Positions 1-10,284 of a stretch of DNA of 64,000 nucleotides are shown here, piece by piece (position 1 is the first letter of the stretch; every line of letters starts with the position of its first letter). The notes beneath the pieces are model-generated. The model was given only the letters and a program-made list of their open reading frames with translations. It did not search any database and was not told where the DNA came from. Both the position numbers and the translations under genes were made by a program. The stretch is from an uncultured Planctomycetaceae bacterium (lineage in GTDB: Bacteria; Planctomycetota; Planctomycetia; Pirellulales; PALSA-1355): contig CAWAUV010000007.1 of assembly GCA_963785305.1 (NCBI GenBank), positions 1,120,001 to 1,184,000 of the forward strand, written 5' to 3'.

Positions 1-31
1 GTTTGTATGACCTCCCTTTTTATGACTTGTT

Positions 32-865
32 ATGAAACGTGAAATCATTCTCGAGCGATTGCGGGCCAAGGTCGCCAGCGGCGGGCCGATCGTCGGCGGC
101 GGGGCCGGAACCGGCATCAGCGCCAAAATGGAAGAGGCCGGCGGGATCGATCTGATCGTGATCTACAACTCCGGCCGCTTTCGCATGGCCGGTCGCGGCT
201 CGCTGGCCGGAATGCTGCCCTATGGCGACGCCAATGCGATCGTGATGGACATGGCCCGCGAGGTGATTTCGGTCGTGAAACACACGCCGGTGCTCGCCGG
301 CGTATGCGGGACCGATCCGTTTCGGCAAATGCCGCGATTCCTCCAGGAAGTCGCCGCGGCCGGATTCGCCGGAGTGCAAAACTTTCCCACGGTCGGCCTG
401 TTCGACGGCAAGATGCGGGCCAATCTCGAAGAGACCGGCATGGGCTTCGGCCTCGAGGTCGAGATGATTCGTCTGGCCCGCGAGATGGATCTACTCACGA
501 CGCCCTATGCCTTCACGCCCGACGAGGCCACGGCCATGACCGAGGCGGGCGCCGACATCGTGATCGCGCACATGGGCCTCACGACCAAGGGCGCGATCGG
601 CGCGGCGAGCGCGAGCAGCCTCGAAGCCTCGGCTCGCGAGGTGCAAGCGATTCACGACGCGGCGCGGCGAGCGCGGGCTGATGTGCTGGTGCTTTGCCAC
701 GGCGGACCGATCGCGGAACCGGCCGACGCCCAATATATTCTCGACCACACCGAGGGCGTGGTCGGTTTTTACGGCGCGAGCAGCATGGAGCGCCTGCCGG
801 TGGAAGTGGCGATCGCCGAGCGCACGCGCGAATTCACGGCGCTCAAACTCGGCGGACGGAAATAA
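32..865 (+). CDS. TIM-barrel signal transduction / phosphoenolpyruvate hydrolase-like family protein (Tm-1-like TIM barrel)
   Basis: 277-aa ORF with family motifs [44 protein letters not shown] and [12 protein letters not shown]. Confidence 0.85.
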   Translation: MKREIILERLRAKVASGGPIVGGGAGTGISAKMEEAGGIDLIVIYNSGRFRMAGRGSLAGMLPYGDANAIVMDMAREVISVVKHTPVLAGVCGTDPFRQMPRFLQEVAAAGFAGVQNFPTVGLFDGKMRANLEETGMGFGLEVEMIRLAREMDLLTTPYAFTPDEATAMTEAGADIVIAHMGLTTKGAIGAASASSLEASAREVQAIHDAARRARADVLVLCHGGPIAEPADAQYILDHTEGVVGFYGASSMERLPVEVAIAERTREFTALKLGGRK

Positions 866-1030
866 GCCCGACTCCGGCCCGGCAAACCGGGCCTTCGGAC
901 CTCCATCATCTGCCGCGGAATGCAGAGCGATGCGCTGATTGGCGGGTGGGCTTTCCCGAAGACGCGTCCCGTCAATGAAAAACGGGCCGCGAGGTTCCGG
1001 GTAACGCAAGGGGGCCGTGCGCGGTCATGA

Positions 1031-1196
1031 GTGGGCCATGCCCACGCTCGCGTGGGCATGTGCGCGTCGCGCGACGCGGAATTGTGATATGTCGCGCACG
1101 GCAGCAGTCGAACCATTGACGGCATGCCCACGCAAGGTGGGCATGGCACACGACGCGGAGTCCTCATGCCCACGCAGGGTCGTGGGCATGGCACAC
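1031..1196. repeat. Cluster of three REP-like palindromes (CATGCCCAC(G)-loop-(C)GTGGGCATG)
   Basis: Hairpins at 1037-1060, 1123-1145 and 1165-1190. Copies 2 and 3 carry a 3' GCACAC tail, and copy 1 carries the equivalent tail on the other side, so it is inverted. Intergenic. Confidence 0.75.
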
Positions 1197-1237
1197 AGAA
1201 CGAATCCAATCCGTTATTTCAACAAGCCTGCCACGCG

Positions 1238-1513
1238 TCAGCCGAAGTGGGCCAGCGTTTTGCCACTGTGTTTGGCCGGGGGCAGGTGGAAACGCGAGGC
1301 GTCTGGCGGGCCGTTTAATTCGCGCTGCCGCAAAACGCTCGGCGAGCCTTCGGGCCCCGCGCTGGTCGAATAGATCGCCAGGACAAAGCAGCTTACCAGC
1401 AGCGACACTTCGATCGCCACCGACAGCGCCGCGCGGCGGCGCTCTTCCCGCGTCGTCGGCTCGGAGCGATCGGTCGTATCGAAGTTTGAAATGGAATTGC
1501 TCTCTCGCGACAT
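1238..1513 (-). CDS. Possible small membrane protein
   Basis: 91-aa ORF with one hydrophobic stretch (AALSVAIEVSLLVSCFVLAIY); no recognised family. Confidence 0.3.
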   Translation of the reverse strand: MSRESNSISNFDTTDRSEPTTREERRRAALSVAIEVSLLVSCFVLAIYSTSAGPEGSPSVLRQRELNGPPDASRFHLPPAKHSGKTLAHFG

Positions 1514-1758
1514 TGCGACCGTCCTTGCTCGCCAACCGATGGTTAATGCGCCGACCGACGGGTTTGAACAGTTCTGATTTTTGGAACCAGCCGAATGACC
1601 TGCCCGAATTACGCTACCGACAACAACGGCAAATCAACAAAAGGATCACTTATATTAAACATCCTGCTAATCCCGTCAATCGGCGCGGGCGAAACAATCC
1701 GAAAAATTCATGCTTCGCCCAGTGGCGCCAGCCGCCCATTCTCACCAGCCACTCCGTC

Positions 1759-3046
1759 TCACCAGCCACTCTGTCGGGCGAAGCGAACCAGGATCTCGCT
1801 CGCCGCGGCAAGCTCGTCGAGCGAAATCCATTCGTCGGCCGTGTGTGCTTGGGCAATCGAACCGGGGCCAAACACCACGCACGGCGCGCCGGCCGCCGAG
1901 AGCACGGCCGCGTCGGTGCCGTAGGGCACGCCCACGATCTTGGCCTCGGGCCGCGCTCGCCGCGCGGCTTGTAGAACTCGCTCGCCAAGGGGCAAGTTAT
2001 CGCGATCCGCCAGTCCGGCGCCGCACAAAAAAGGCGGATCATGCACAATTCGAGTCCCCGCGCGCTGCCAGCGGAGCGCGAACCATCGCGAGCGGCAAGC
2101 TCCTGGGCAACGAAGTCAATCGTCGCTTCGTAGGCCGCCAGTGGGTCTTCGCCCGGCACGAGCCGCCGGTCGATCTCGATGACGCAGCGGTCGGGCACGG
2201 TGTTGACGCTCACCCCGCCGTGAATGAGGCCCACGCTCAAGGTGGCGTGTCCGCAGCGTGGATGACTGGCGAGCGACGGCACGACCTCGTGTTGATAGCG
2301 CTCGAGGGCGGCGAGCACGGGGGCCATGCGAAAAATCGCGTTGTCGCCCTCGGCCGGCCGCGAGCTGTGGGCGGCGCGCCCCATCGCGTGGCAACGCCAG
2401 CGAACCGCGCCCTGTGCGCCACCACGATATCGAGCCCGGTCGGCTCGGCGACGATGATCGCGTCGGGCCGGCGCGGCAGGAGTCGGCTGGCGCCCAGCCA
2501 GTTTTTAGCCAGCGCGCGGGCGCCGCTGAATCCATATTCCTCGTTGACCGTGGCCGCGAACACGAGCGTCGGCCGGTCGGCGGGGCCGCCGCTCGCCTCG
2601 CTTTCACGCGCGAAGTCGCGCTCGGCCGCCAGCCGGGAGAGGGCATGCATCATCGCCGCCATGCCGCCTTTCACATCGCAGGCGCCGCGGCCGTGGAGCC
2701 GGCCGTTTTCAATCGTGGGCGTCCAGGGCGGAATCGTCATGCCATCGACCGGCACTGTGTCTTGATGCACTTCCCACACAATCAGTTCGCCGCCCTCCAT
2801 TGGGCCGGGCGAGCCTTCGAGCCGGGCCAGAATGTTTTCGCGGCCGATGTCGACCGGTTGCCGTTCGGTGTCGAGACCCAGGCCGCGAAGCGTTTTTTCG
2901 AGATACGCGGTCACGCCCGCTTCGCAGCCCGCGGGTTCGATATCGGGCCGGCCCATGGGATTGACACTTGGAATCGCGACCAGCTCGCCGAGCGTTTTCA
3001 CGAGATCGAGCGGTAGGGCATGATGGAGCTCCGAGGCGCGCGACAC
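1759..3046 (-). CDS. M20 family metallopeptidase (ArgE/DapE-like), split by two frameshifts (~2390, ~2045)
   Basis: Motifs in order across three frames: IPSVNP, EVHQDTVP, GRGACDVKGG, NEEYG, AEPT / GRAAHSS, GGVSVNTVPD / YGTDA, FGPGSIAQAHTADE. Confidence 0.85.
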
Positions 3047-3480
3047 GGGCAGGTTCCTTTAAGAGTTCGTCGAGCCAGTCGCGCCGCGAGGCGCGATCGA
3101 CTCAATATAACTTGGCGCGACGGCAAGGCCGAATGGAGGCTGGCGTCGAATGGAGGCTGGGCCGAACGGATGCCGGGCCCTCAACGGGCCGGGGCCGATG
3201 CCCGGTCGAACCGCCGATTCGCGAAGTCTGTCGATTTCGTAAACTCCAGTGGCCGCACTGGCTTGACCGCGCTTGGGGCGAAGCGTTACAACAGGGGCGC
3301 TTCTGCCCGTCGGAGCGGTTTTTTTTGCGGCCCGACTTTGTGACGAGATTCACGAAGTAGTCGCCAAATGCCGATCCTACCCGGTCGCGAGACGCGGACT
3401 ATTCGGGCAGCGAATCCAGCGGGCGACCGCCGCCGGCATTGGCTCCGGCGCCCGAAAGCCACTCAGAACGAAAGCTTGCA

Positions 3481-3900
3481 ATGCAGTCCTTTTTGGCTGT
3501 CGTGCCGATCTTCTTGTTCATCGCATGCACCACCGCGCTTTCGGTGGGCCTTCTCAGCATGGCGGGCATGGTCGGCCCCAGCAAGAACACGCGCGTGAAA
3601 GAAATGCCCTACGAAGCGGGCATGGACCCGATTCACGACGCGCGTCGCCGCTTCGATGTGCGATTTCATCTCGTGGCGATCGCGTTTTTGGTGTTCGACG
3701 TCGAATTGCTGTTTCTCTATCCTTGGGCCGTGTCGAGCGGGAATCCCGAGGGCGGAAATCCACATGGCATTGATCTGGCGGTCGGTCAGCACTGGGTTGG
3801 CAGCCGCAATTTAGTTTTTGGCGAGGCGATGATTTTTATCGTGCTCCTGGGCGCGGGTTTTGTCTACGCCTGGCGAAAAGGGGTGTTTCGATGGCGGTAG
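3481..3900 (+). CDS. nuoA: NADH-quinone oxidoreductase subunit A
   Basis: PYEAGMDP, FLVFDVELLFLYPWA, YAWRKGVFRW; first gene of the operon; ATG at 3481 chosen as start. Confidence 0.95.
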   Translation: MQSFLAVVPIFLFIACTTALSVGLLSMAGMVGPSKNTRVKEMPYEAGMDPIHDARRRFDVRFHLVAIAFLVFDVELLFLYPWAVSSGNPEGGNPHGIDLAVGQHWVGSRNLVFGEAMIFIVLLGAGFVYAWRKGVFRWR

Positions 3901-4466
3901 AACTGCCGGAAAACGTGGTGGTGAGCAAGCTCGACGAGCTGGCCAGTTGGTGTCGCAAGAACAGCCTGTGGCCGATGCCTTTCGCCACGGCCTGCTGCGG
4001 CATCGAGCTGATGGCCACCGGCGCGAGCAAGCACGACTTGGCCCGATTCGGCGCCGAGGTGTTTCGCTTCAGCCCTCGCCAGTGCGACCTGATGATCGTG
4101 GCCGGGCGAGTGGTGATGAAGATGTTGCCGGTGCTGCAGCGCATCTGGCAGCAAATGCACGAGCCCAAGTGGTGTATCTCGATGGGCGCGTGTGCTTCGA
4201 CTGGCGGCGTGTTCGACACATACAGCGTGGTGCAGGGCATCGATCGCTTTATTCCCGTCGACATGTATGTGCCCGGCTGCCCGCCGCGGCCGGAGCAGTT
4301 GATCCAGGCGATCATCGACCTGCAAGACAAGATTCAGAGCGAAGGCACGATCATGGGCAAGGAGTTCAAAACGGCCGAGCGTCAGGCGCGGAAGCGGGCG
4401 CTGGTCGAGTTGCCGGTGATTCAAAAGCCTTGGGAGGTCGCGTCGGCCTTGCATCGCGGCCGTTAG
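3891..4466 (+). CDS. nuoB: NADH-quinone oxidoreductase subunit B
   Basis: FATACCGIE, FSPRQCDLMIVAG, SMGACAS, YVPGCPPRPE (N2 cluster ligands). Confidence 0.97.
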   Translation: MAVELPENVVVSKLDELASWCRKNSLWPMPFATACCGIELMATGASKHDLARFGAEVFRFSPRQCDLMIVAGRVVMKMLPVLQRIWQQMHEPKWCISMGACASTGGVFDTYSVVQGIDRFIPVDMYVPGCPPRPEQLIQAIIDLQDKIQSEGTIMGKEFKTAERQARKRALVELPVIQKPWEVASALHRGR

Positions 4467-4508
4467 CATCGGGCTTTGCCCGGCGCGTGGGCCGAGGGGC
4501 CGGCAAGC

Positions 4509-4567
4509 AAATGCCCGAAACGCACGGCGAAATACCCGAAACGCACCGCGAAATGCCCGACAAGCAC
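4509..4567 (+). repeat. 21-bp tandem repeat, about 3 copies, between nuoB and nuoC
   Basis: AAATGCCCGAAACGCACGGCG / AAATACCCGAAACGCACCGCG / AAATGCCCGACAAGCAC. Confidence 0.8.
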
Positions 4568-4638
4568 TGTCGGTGGCCCGCGAGATCGATCTGCGTGTTT
4601 ACCATCCCGACGAACTCAATCCATTCTGGCGACGGCCG

Positions 4639-5136
4639 ATGATCGAACCGCAAACCTTGTCCGACTTCACGGGCGCCTTTCCGGCGGTGACGCAAAGCGA
4701 ATTTCGCGGCGAAACGCGGGCGGTCGTGCCGGCGGCGTCGCTGTTCGAGGCGTTTACGTTTCTCCACGATCGTTTGAATTTCGATCTGCTGGTGGATGTG
4801 ACCTGCGTCGATTATTTGCACTATCGCGACGCGGAGCATCGTTTCGGGCTCGTATATCTCTTGGCCTCGACCACGACCAACGAACGGCTCACCCTGCGGG
4901 TCTTTCTCGACGAGCCGGAGCTCACCGTGGCCAGCGCGGTTCCGGTGTGGCTGGGCGCCGACTGGATGGAGCGCGAGGTGTACGACATGTTCGGGATCTT
5001 GTTCGAGGGCCATCCCGATCTGCGGCGGATTCTGATGCCGGACGAGTTCACGGCGTTTCCGCTCCGCAAGGACTATCCGCTGCAAGGGCGCGGCGAGCGA
5101 CACAATTTTCCGGTGCTCACGAGGCGAGAAAGCTGA
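4639..5136 (+). CDS. nuoC: NADH-quinone oxidoreductase subunit C
   Basis: DVTCVDY, ADWMEREVYDMFGILFEGHPDLRRILMP, PLRKDYPL; start could be further upstream (4573). Confidence 0.95.
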   Translation: MIEPQTLSDFTGAFPAVTQSEFRGETRAVVPAASLFEAFTFLHDRLNFDLLVDVTCVDYLHYRDAEHRFGLVYLLASTTTNERLTLRVFLDEPELTVASAVPVWLGADWMEREVYDMFGILFEGHPDLRRILMPDEFTAFPLRKDYPLQGRGERHNFPVLTRRES

Positions 5137-6386
5137 TGGCGACCACTGCAAAAACACCCGCCCCGCGGGCTCCGCACACCCTGCTCGACGCCGTCGCGGC
5201 CGGCGAGCAGCGCGACTATCTCTGGACGCTCAACTTCGGCCCCCAGCATCCGGCCACGCACACCACGCTGCGCATCGTGCTTAAGCTCGATGGCGAACGC
5301 GTCGTCGAGGCGATTCCCGATATCGGCTACCTGCATTCGGGCTTCGAAAAAATCGGCGAAAGCCTGACCTACAACCAGTACGTCACCGTGACGGACCGGA
5401 TGAACTACATGTCGCCGCTGGCCAACAACGTGGCTTGGCATTGCGCCGTCGAAAAGCTGCTCGGCATCGAGCTCACGCCGCGCTGCAAATACATTCGCAC
5501 GATTATTTGCGAATTGGCCCGCATCTCGGATCATTTGCTCTGCAATGGCGCGATCGGGCTCGACACCGGCGCCTTCACGTTTTTTCTCTACGGTTTCTAT
5601 CAGCGCGAAGTGCTCTACGACATTTTCGAGACACTGTGCGGCGCGCGATTCACGAACAGCTATACCCGCGTCGGCGGCTTGATGTATGACATGACGCCGC
5701 TGGTGATCGAAAAGATTCGCACATTCCTCCGCACCTTTCCGAAGACGCTCGACGACATGGAGCGGCTGCTGAATCGCAACCGCATCTTCATCGACCGCAC
5801 CAAGGGTGTCGGCGTGTTGCCGAAGGAAGAAGCCACGAATCGCAGCGCCACCGGGCCGATTGCCCGGGCCAGCGGCGTGAGTCGCGATCTGCGGAAAGAC
5901 GACCCGTATCTGTCGTATGGCGATTTCGATTTCCGCATTTGCTGCGCTTCGGCCGGCGACGCCTTTGCCCGCTATCTGGTGCGCATGGCCGAGATTCGCG
6001 AGAGCCTGAAGATCGTGAGCCAGGCGCTCGAGAACTTGCCGAGCGGGCCGGTGAATGTGGCCGTGGGCGATCGCACGGCGCTGCCGACCAAGGAGCAGGT
6101 CTATCAAACCATCGAGGGCACGATCACGCATTTCGAGCTCACGATGACCAATCGCGGCTTCGAGTCGCCCTTCGAGGAAAGCTACGCGGCGATCGAAGCG
6201 CCCAACGGAGAGCTCGGTTTTTATATCGCGGGCGACGGAACCGACGTGGCCTATCGGGCCCGGTGCCGTCCGCCTTCGTATATTCATTTCGCGCTGTTTC
6301 CCTCGATGATCCGCGGCCACACGCTGAGCGACATCGTGGCGGTGCTGGGCAGTTTGAATATCATCGCCGCCGAGCTGGATCGATAG
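5136..6386 (+). CDS. nuoD: NADH-quinone oxidoreductase subunit D
   Basis: LNFGPQHPATH, GYLHSGFEK, DRMNY, EAPNGELGFY, C-terminal AELDR; ATG overlaps the nuoC stop (TGATG). Confidence 0.97.
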   Translation: MATTAKTPAPRAPHTLLDAVAAGEQRDYLWTLNFGPQHPATHTTLRIVLKLDGERVVEAIPDIGYLHSGFEKIGESLTYNQYVTVTDRMNYMSPLANNVAWHCAVEKLLGIELTPRCKYIRTIICELARISDHLLCNGAIGLDTGAFTFFLYGFYQREVLYDIFETLCGARFTNSYTRVGGLMYDMTPLVIEKIRTFLRTFPKTLDDMERLLNRNRIFIDRTKGVGVLPKEEATNRSATGPIARASGVSRDLRKDDPYLSYGDFDFRICCASAGDAFARYLVRMAEIRESLKIVSQALENLPSGPVNVAVGDRTALPTKEQVYQTIEGTITHFELTMTNRGFESPFEESYAAIEAPNGELGFYIAGDGTDVAYRARCRPPSYIHFALFPSMIRGHTLSDIVAVLGSLNIIAAELDR

Positions 6387-6511
6387 CGCTCGAATGGCCG
6401 GCGAGCGGGTCGCCCGGCCATTCGGGGCGATCGTGAACCGGCTCGCCGAAATAATTCGTCAAACCAATTCATCAAGCAGACTACCACCGCAATCACCGGC
6501 GACGAGACATT

Positions 6512-7003
6512 ATGGCGACGGCGCAGCGTTATCTGACCGACGAAATGATCGCGGCGATCAAGGCGTTTTTTCCCCGCTATCCGAACAAGCAGGCGGTGAC
6601 GTTGCCGGCGCTGCATATCGTGCTGGAAAAGCATCGTTATGTGCCGCTCGAGGCGGTGGTCGAAGTGGCGAAGCTGCTCGAGCTCGCGCCGGCCCAGGTG
6701 CAGGACACGCTCTCGTTCTACGGCTACTTTCCCCAGGACAAGCCGCATGGCGAAACCCGGGCCTGGGTCTGCCGGTCGATCAGTTGTGCCCTGCGCCGCG
6801 CCGATGAACTGCTCGACCACATGTGCCACGCGGCCGGAGTCAAGCCCGGCGGCACGACGCCCGACGGCAAGCTCACGATTGAATTCGCGGAGTGCCTGGG
6901 CGCTTGTGAATATGCGCCGTGCATGCTGGCCGGCGATGATTTGCATAAGAATCTGACCAAGGAGAGCGGCGAGAAGTTCGTGAAGAGTATTTCCAAGCAT
7001 TGA
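6512..7003 (+). CDS. nuoE: NADH-quinone oxidoreductase subunit E
   Basis: CRSISC ... ECLGACEYAP 2Fe-2S ligands; SFYGYF. Confidence 0.95.
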   Translation: MATAQRYLTDEMIAAIKAFFPRYPNKQAVTLPALHIVLEKHRYVPLEAVVEVAKLLELAPAQVQDTLSFYGYFPQDKPHGETRAWVCRSISCALRRADELLDHMCHAAGVKPGGTTPDGKLTIEFAECLGACEYAPCMLAGDDLHKNLTKESGEKFVKSISKH

Positions 7004-7117
7004 GCGGATCGCGGGGGGGGGTCGCGCGTCTCCGGCAAGGAGCGGCGATGGTTCACAGTTCTTTGGAAGTCCGCTGGGCGGCGAAAGTCGCGAGGCGGAA
7101 AAATCGCGGAGCCAAAC

Positions 7118-8479
7118 GTGCCTGAAAAGTTCGAACCCGTTTTGCTGGCCCTGATCGGCAAGCCCAATAGCCACACGCTCTCGGTCTATGAAGCCCATGG
7201 CGGCTACAAGGCCCTGCGCAAGGCCGTCAACGAAATGACGCCCCTGGCGGTGCTCGAATCGGTCAAGAACAGCAACCTGCGCGGCCGCGGCGGCGCCGGC
7301 TTTCTCACCGGGCTCAAGTGGACCTTTCTGCCGAAGGACCATCCCGGCCCGATTTACATGTGCATCAACGCCGACGAGAGCGAGCCGGGCACGTTCAACA
7401 ATCGCATCCTGATGGAAGAAGACCCGCATCAGGTGATCGAAGGCATCATCCTGAGTTGCTACGCGACCAAGGCCACGACCGCCTATCTCTATATTCGCGT
7501 CGAGTATCCGCTCTCGACCAAGCGGCTTCAGGCCGCGATCGACGAATGCTACGCCAAGGGCTACCTGGGCAAGAAGATTCTCGGCAAGGATTTCAACTGC
7601 GATATCCACATTCACCGCGGCGCCGCGGCGTATATCTGCGGCGAGGAGACCGGGCTCATCGAAAGCCTCGAAGGCAAGCGGGCCTGGCCGCGGATCAAGC
7701 CGCCATTTCCGGCGATCGAGGGCGTGTTTCGCAAGCCCACGGTGGTGAACAATATCGAGACCGTGGCCTGCGTGGTGCAGATCATCAATCGCGGCCACGA
7801 GTGGTTCAAGTCGATCGGCGTGCCGAGCGATCCGAAAAATCCGCGCGATCCGGGCAGCTATGGCCCCAAGCTCTACTGCCTGAGCGGCCATGTGAACAAG
7901 CCGGGCTGCTATGAAGCCCCGCTCGGCATCACCACTCGCGAGTTGATCGAGGAATACGGCGGCGGCGTGTGGAAAGGCCGCAAGGGCAAGGCCGCCATTC
8001 CGGGCGGCATCAGCATGGGTATTCTCTCGGAGCCCGAGTTCGACCTGCCGCTCGACTTCAACGGTCCGGGCAAGGCGGGCTGCCTGGGCCTGGGCACCGC
8101 GGCCGTGGTCGTGATGGACGAAACCACGTCGATGGTCGATTTTCTGCACAATAGTTGCCGCTTCTTTTCCCATGAAAGCTGCGGCCAATGCACTCCCTGC
8201 CGCGAGGGAACGAGTTGGTCGCTGCGGATGCTCGAACGCATCAAGGCCGGCAAGGGTCGGCTCCGCGATCTCGACCTGCTGCTCGAAATCGGCGACACGA
8301 TCGGGATCATTCCCGGCACGACGATCTGTGGCCTTTCCGATGGGGCCGCGTGGCCGATCAAGAATGCGATTCGCAAATTCCGCGGCGAGTTCGAGGACTA
8401 CATTCGCAAGACGAATCCCAGCGGCTACATGGTCACCACTCCGGTGAATGCCCTGCCGGTGCTGGCCGGCGCCCATTGA
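7118..8479 (+). CDS. nuoF: NADH-quinone oxidoreductase subunit F
   Basis: LRGRGGAGF, NADESEPGTF, YICGEETGLIESLEG, HESCGQCTPCREG. Confidence 0.97.
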   Translation: MPEKFEPVLLALIGKPNSHTLSVYEAHGGYKALRKAVNEMTPLAVLESVKNSNLRGRGGAGFLTGLKWTFLPKDHPGPIYMCINADESEPGTFNNRILMEEDPHQVIEGIILSCYATKATTAYLYIRVEYPLSTKRLQAAIDECYAKGYLGKKILGKDFNCDIHIHRGAAAYICGEETGLIESLEGKRAWPRIKPPFPAIEGVFRKPTVVNNIETVACVVQIINRGHEWFKSIGVPSDPKNPRDPGSYGPKLYCLSGHVNKPGCYEAPLGITTRELIEEYGGGVWKGRKGKAAIPGGISMGILSEPEFDLPLDFNGPGKAGCLGLGTAAVVVMDETTSMVDFLHNSCRFFSHESCGQCTPCREGTSWSLRMLERIKAGKGRLRDLDLLLEIGDTIGIIPGTTICGLSDGAAWPIKNAIRKFRGEFEDYIRKTNPSGYMVTTPVNALPVLAGAH

Positions 8480-8565
8480 CGCCTCGCGATGCGATAAAGA
8501 TGCGATAAAACAGACGGCGTCGCCCCCAAAAAACCGCCTAGAAACAACCCTTAGAAATCATTGCC

Positions 8566-10205
8566 ATGTCCAAGGTATTCGTCGACGGCATCGAAGTCGA
8601 TCTGGCGCCCGGTGAGAAAATCAACGGTATCGAGGCCGCCGCCCGCGCCGGCATCGAGATTCCCAGTTACTGTTGGCATCCGGGCCTGACGGTCGTGGCC
8701 AGTTGCCGCATGTGTCTGGTCGAAACCGGCACGCGCAACGCCGAGACCGGCGCGATCACCATGATTCCCAAGCTGTCGCCCGCCTGCCAGACGCCGGCGA
8801 CCGACAACATGGTGTTCGTCACCAACAGCGAAAAAGTGACCAACGCTCGGGCGATGGTCGAGGAAGACCTCTTGATCGATCATCCGATCGATTGCCCGAT
8901 CTGCGACAAGGCGGGCGAATGCCTGCTCCAAGACTATCACTTCAAGCATGGGCGGGACGAGCGGCGGGCCGATCTCTTGCCGTTCACGAGCCGCCGCCGC
9001 GAGATGGGCGACACGGTGACGTTGTTCGTCGACCGCTGCGTGATGTGTACCCGGTGCGTGCGTTTCACTCGCGAGATCGCCGGCGACGCGGAGCTCTTCG
9101 TCACGAATCGCGGTCATCACGAGGAGATCGACGTGTTTCCCGGCCATCCGTTGGCCAACAAAATGTCGGGCAACGTGGTCGATTTGTGCCCGGTGGTGCG
9201 CTGGGCGACAAGGATTTCTTGTACCAACAACGTGTGTGGTTCATGAAATCGCACGATGGCGTGTGTTCGGGCTGCTCGACCGGCTGTTCGATCGAGATCG
9301 AAGAGAATCAAGATCATGTGTACCGGCTCAAGCCGCGTGAAAATCCGGATGTGAACCAGTGGTGGATGTGCGACGAGGGTCGCTATGGCTACCACCATGT
9401 GCATAGTCCCGAGCGACTCACCGGCCCTCGGCGGCTGGAAACGAGCGAGCACGCGAATGTCGAATGGTCGGAAGCGCTGCCGGCGATCGACGCCGAGCTC
9501 CGCAAGCGGGGTTCGTTGGCGGCGGTTCTTTCGCCGCATTTGACCGTGGAAGAAGCCTATTTGCTGGCGAAATATGTGCGATCGATCGACCCCAAGGCGA
9601 TGATCGCGCTCGGTCCCACGCCGATCGAAGGGACCGACGAACGCTTCAAGACCGGGTTCACGATTCGAGCCGAAAAGGCGCCGAATCGCCGCGGCGTGGA
9701 AGAAGTGGTCGCCCATTTCATGGGTCGCGTCGCCAAGCACGACGATGTGCTCGCGGCGATCGGCAAAGGCACGGTCAAGGCGGCGTGGTTCACCGGCGGC
9801 TACAAGAAGCCGATTTGGGACGCGGCGGTCGTCGACAAGCTGGGGCCCTTGGTCTTTCTGATCGTCGAGGATATGTTCATGTCGCCGCTGATGGCGAAGG
9901 CGCATTACCAATTGCCCGGCGCCGCCTTCGCCGAGCGCGAGGGCTCGTATGTGAATCACGCCGACCGGATTCAGAGCTTCTCGTGGGCGGTGCGTCCGCC
10001 GGCGGGGGTGCGCAGCGAGGGTAGCGTCTATTGGACACTGCTTAAGATGACCGGCCTCTACCGGGCGCGGCGAGTGCTGGACGAAGTAGCCCGCGAGATT
10101 TTGTACTTCCATGTGGCGGCCGGTGGCGTGCCGCCCGTGGGCGTGGATTTGAAGTCGAATTTGCTGGCCGGGGCCAAGAACGGCGCCGCCGCCAGCGTGA
10201 GTTGA
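8566..10205 (+). CDS. nuoG: NADH-quinone oxidoreductase subunit G (short form, ~545 aa), frameshift ~9195
   Basis: YCWHPGL..ASCRMC, HPIDCPICDKAGEC, CVMCTRCVRF, DLCPV|GAL across the frameshift, CSGCSTGC...WMCD. Confidence 0.9.
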
Positions 10206-10284
10206 AGCCGTCGGTTACATCGAGAAATGAATCCAGACCGGTTCTTCGGAGCCGATCCTACAGCGTGAATAGCGAAGGCCGCTT

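Noticed and set aside
1031..1196. Possible mini CRISPR array
   Set aside because: Mixed orientation, unequal spacing, variable loops and no cas genes; it fits REP elements
3047..3480. Sigma54 (-24/-12) promoter upstream of nuoA
   Set aside because: No convincing TGGCAC-N5-TTGC match found by eye
4476..5135. Apparent 220-aa N-terminal extension of NuoD
   Set aside because: It overlaps nuoC in another frame; the real ATG overlaps the nuoC stop at 5136
6284..8476. 730-aa minus-strand ORF and similar long antisense ORFs (5073-6320, 26405-28099, 30548-32047, 51298-52785)
   Set aside because: They lie opposite well-supported genes; stop-poor antisense frames are expected in high-GC DNA
8488..8509. 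GATGCGATAAA tandem duplication between nuoF and nuoG
   Set aside because: Only two short copies with no further support for a regulatory role
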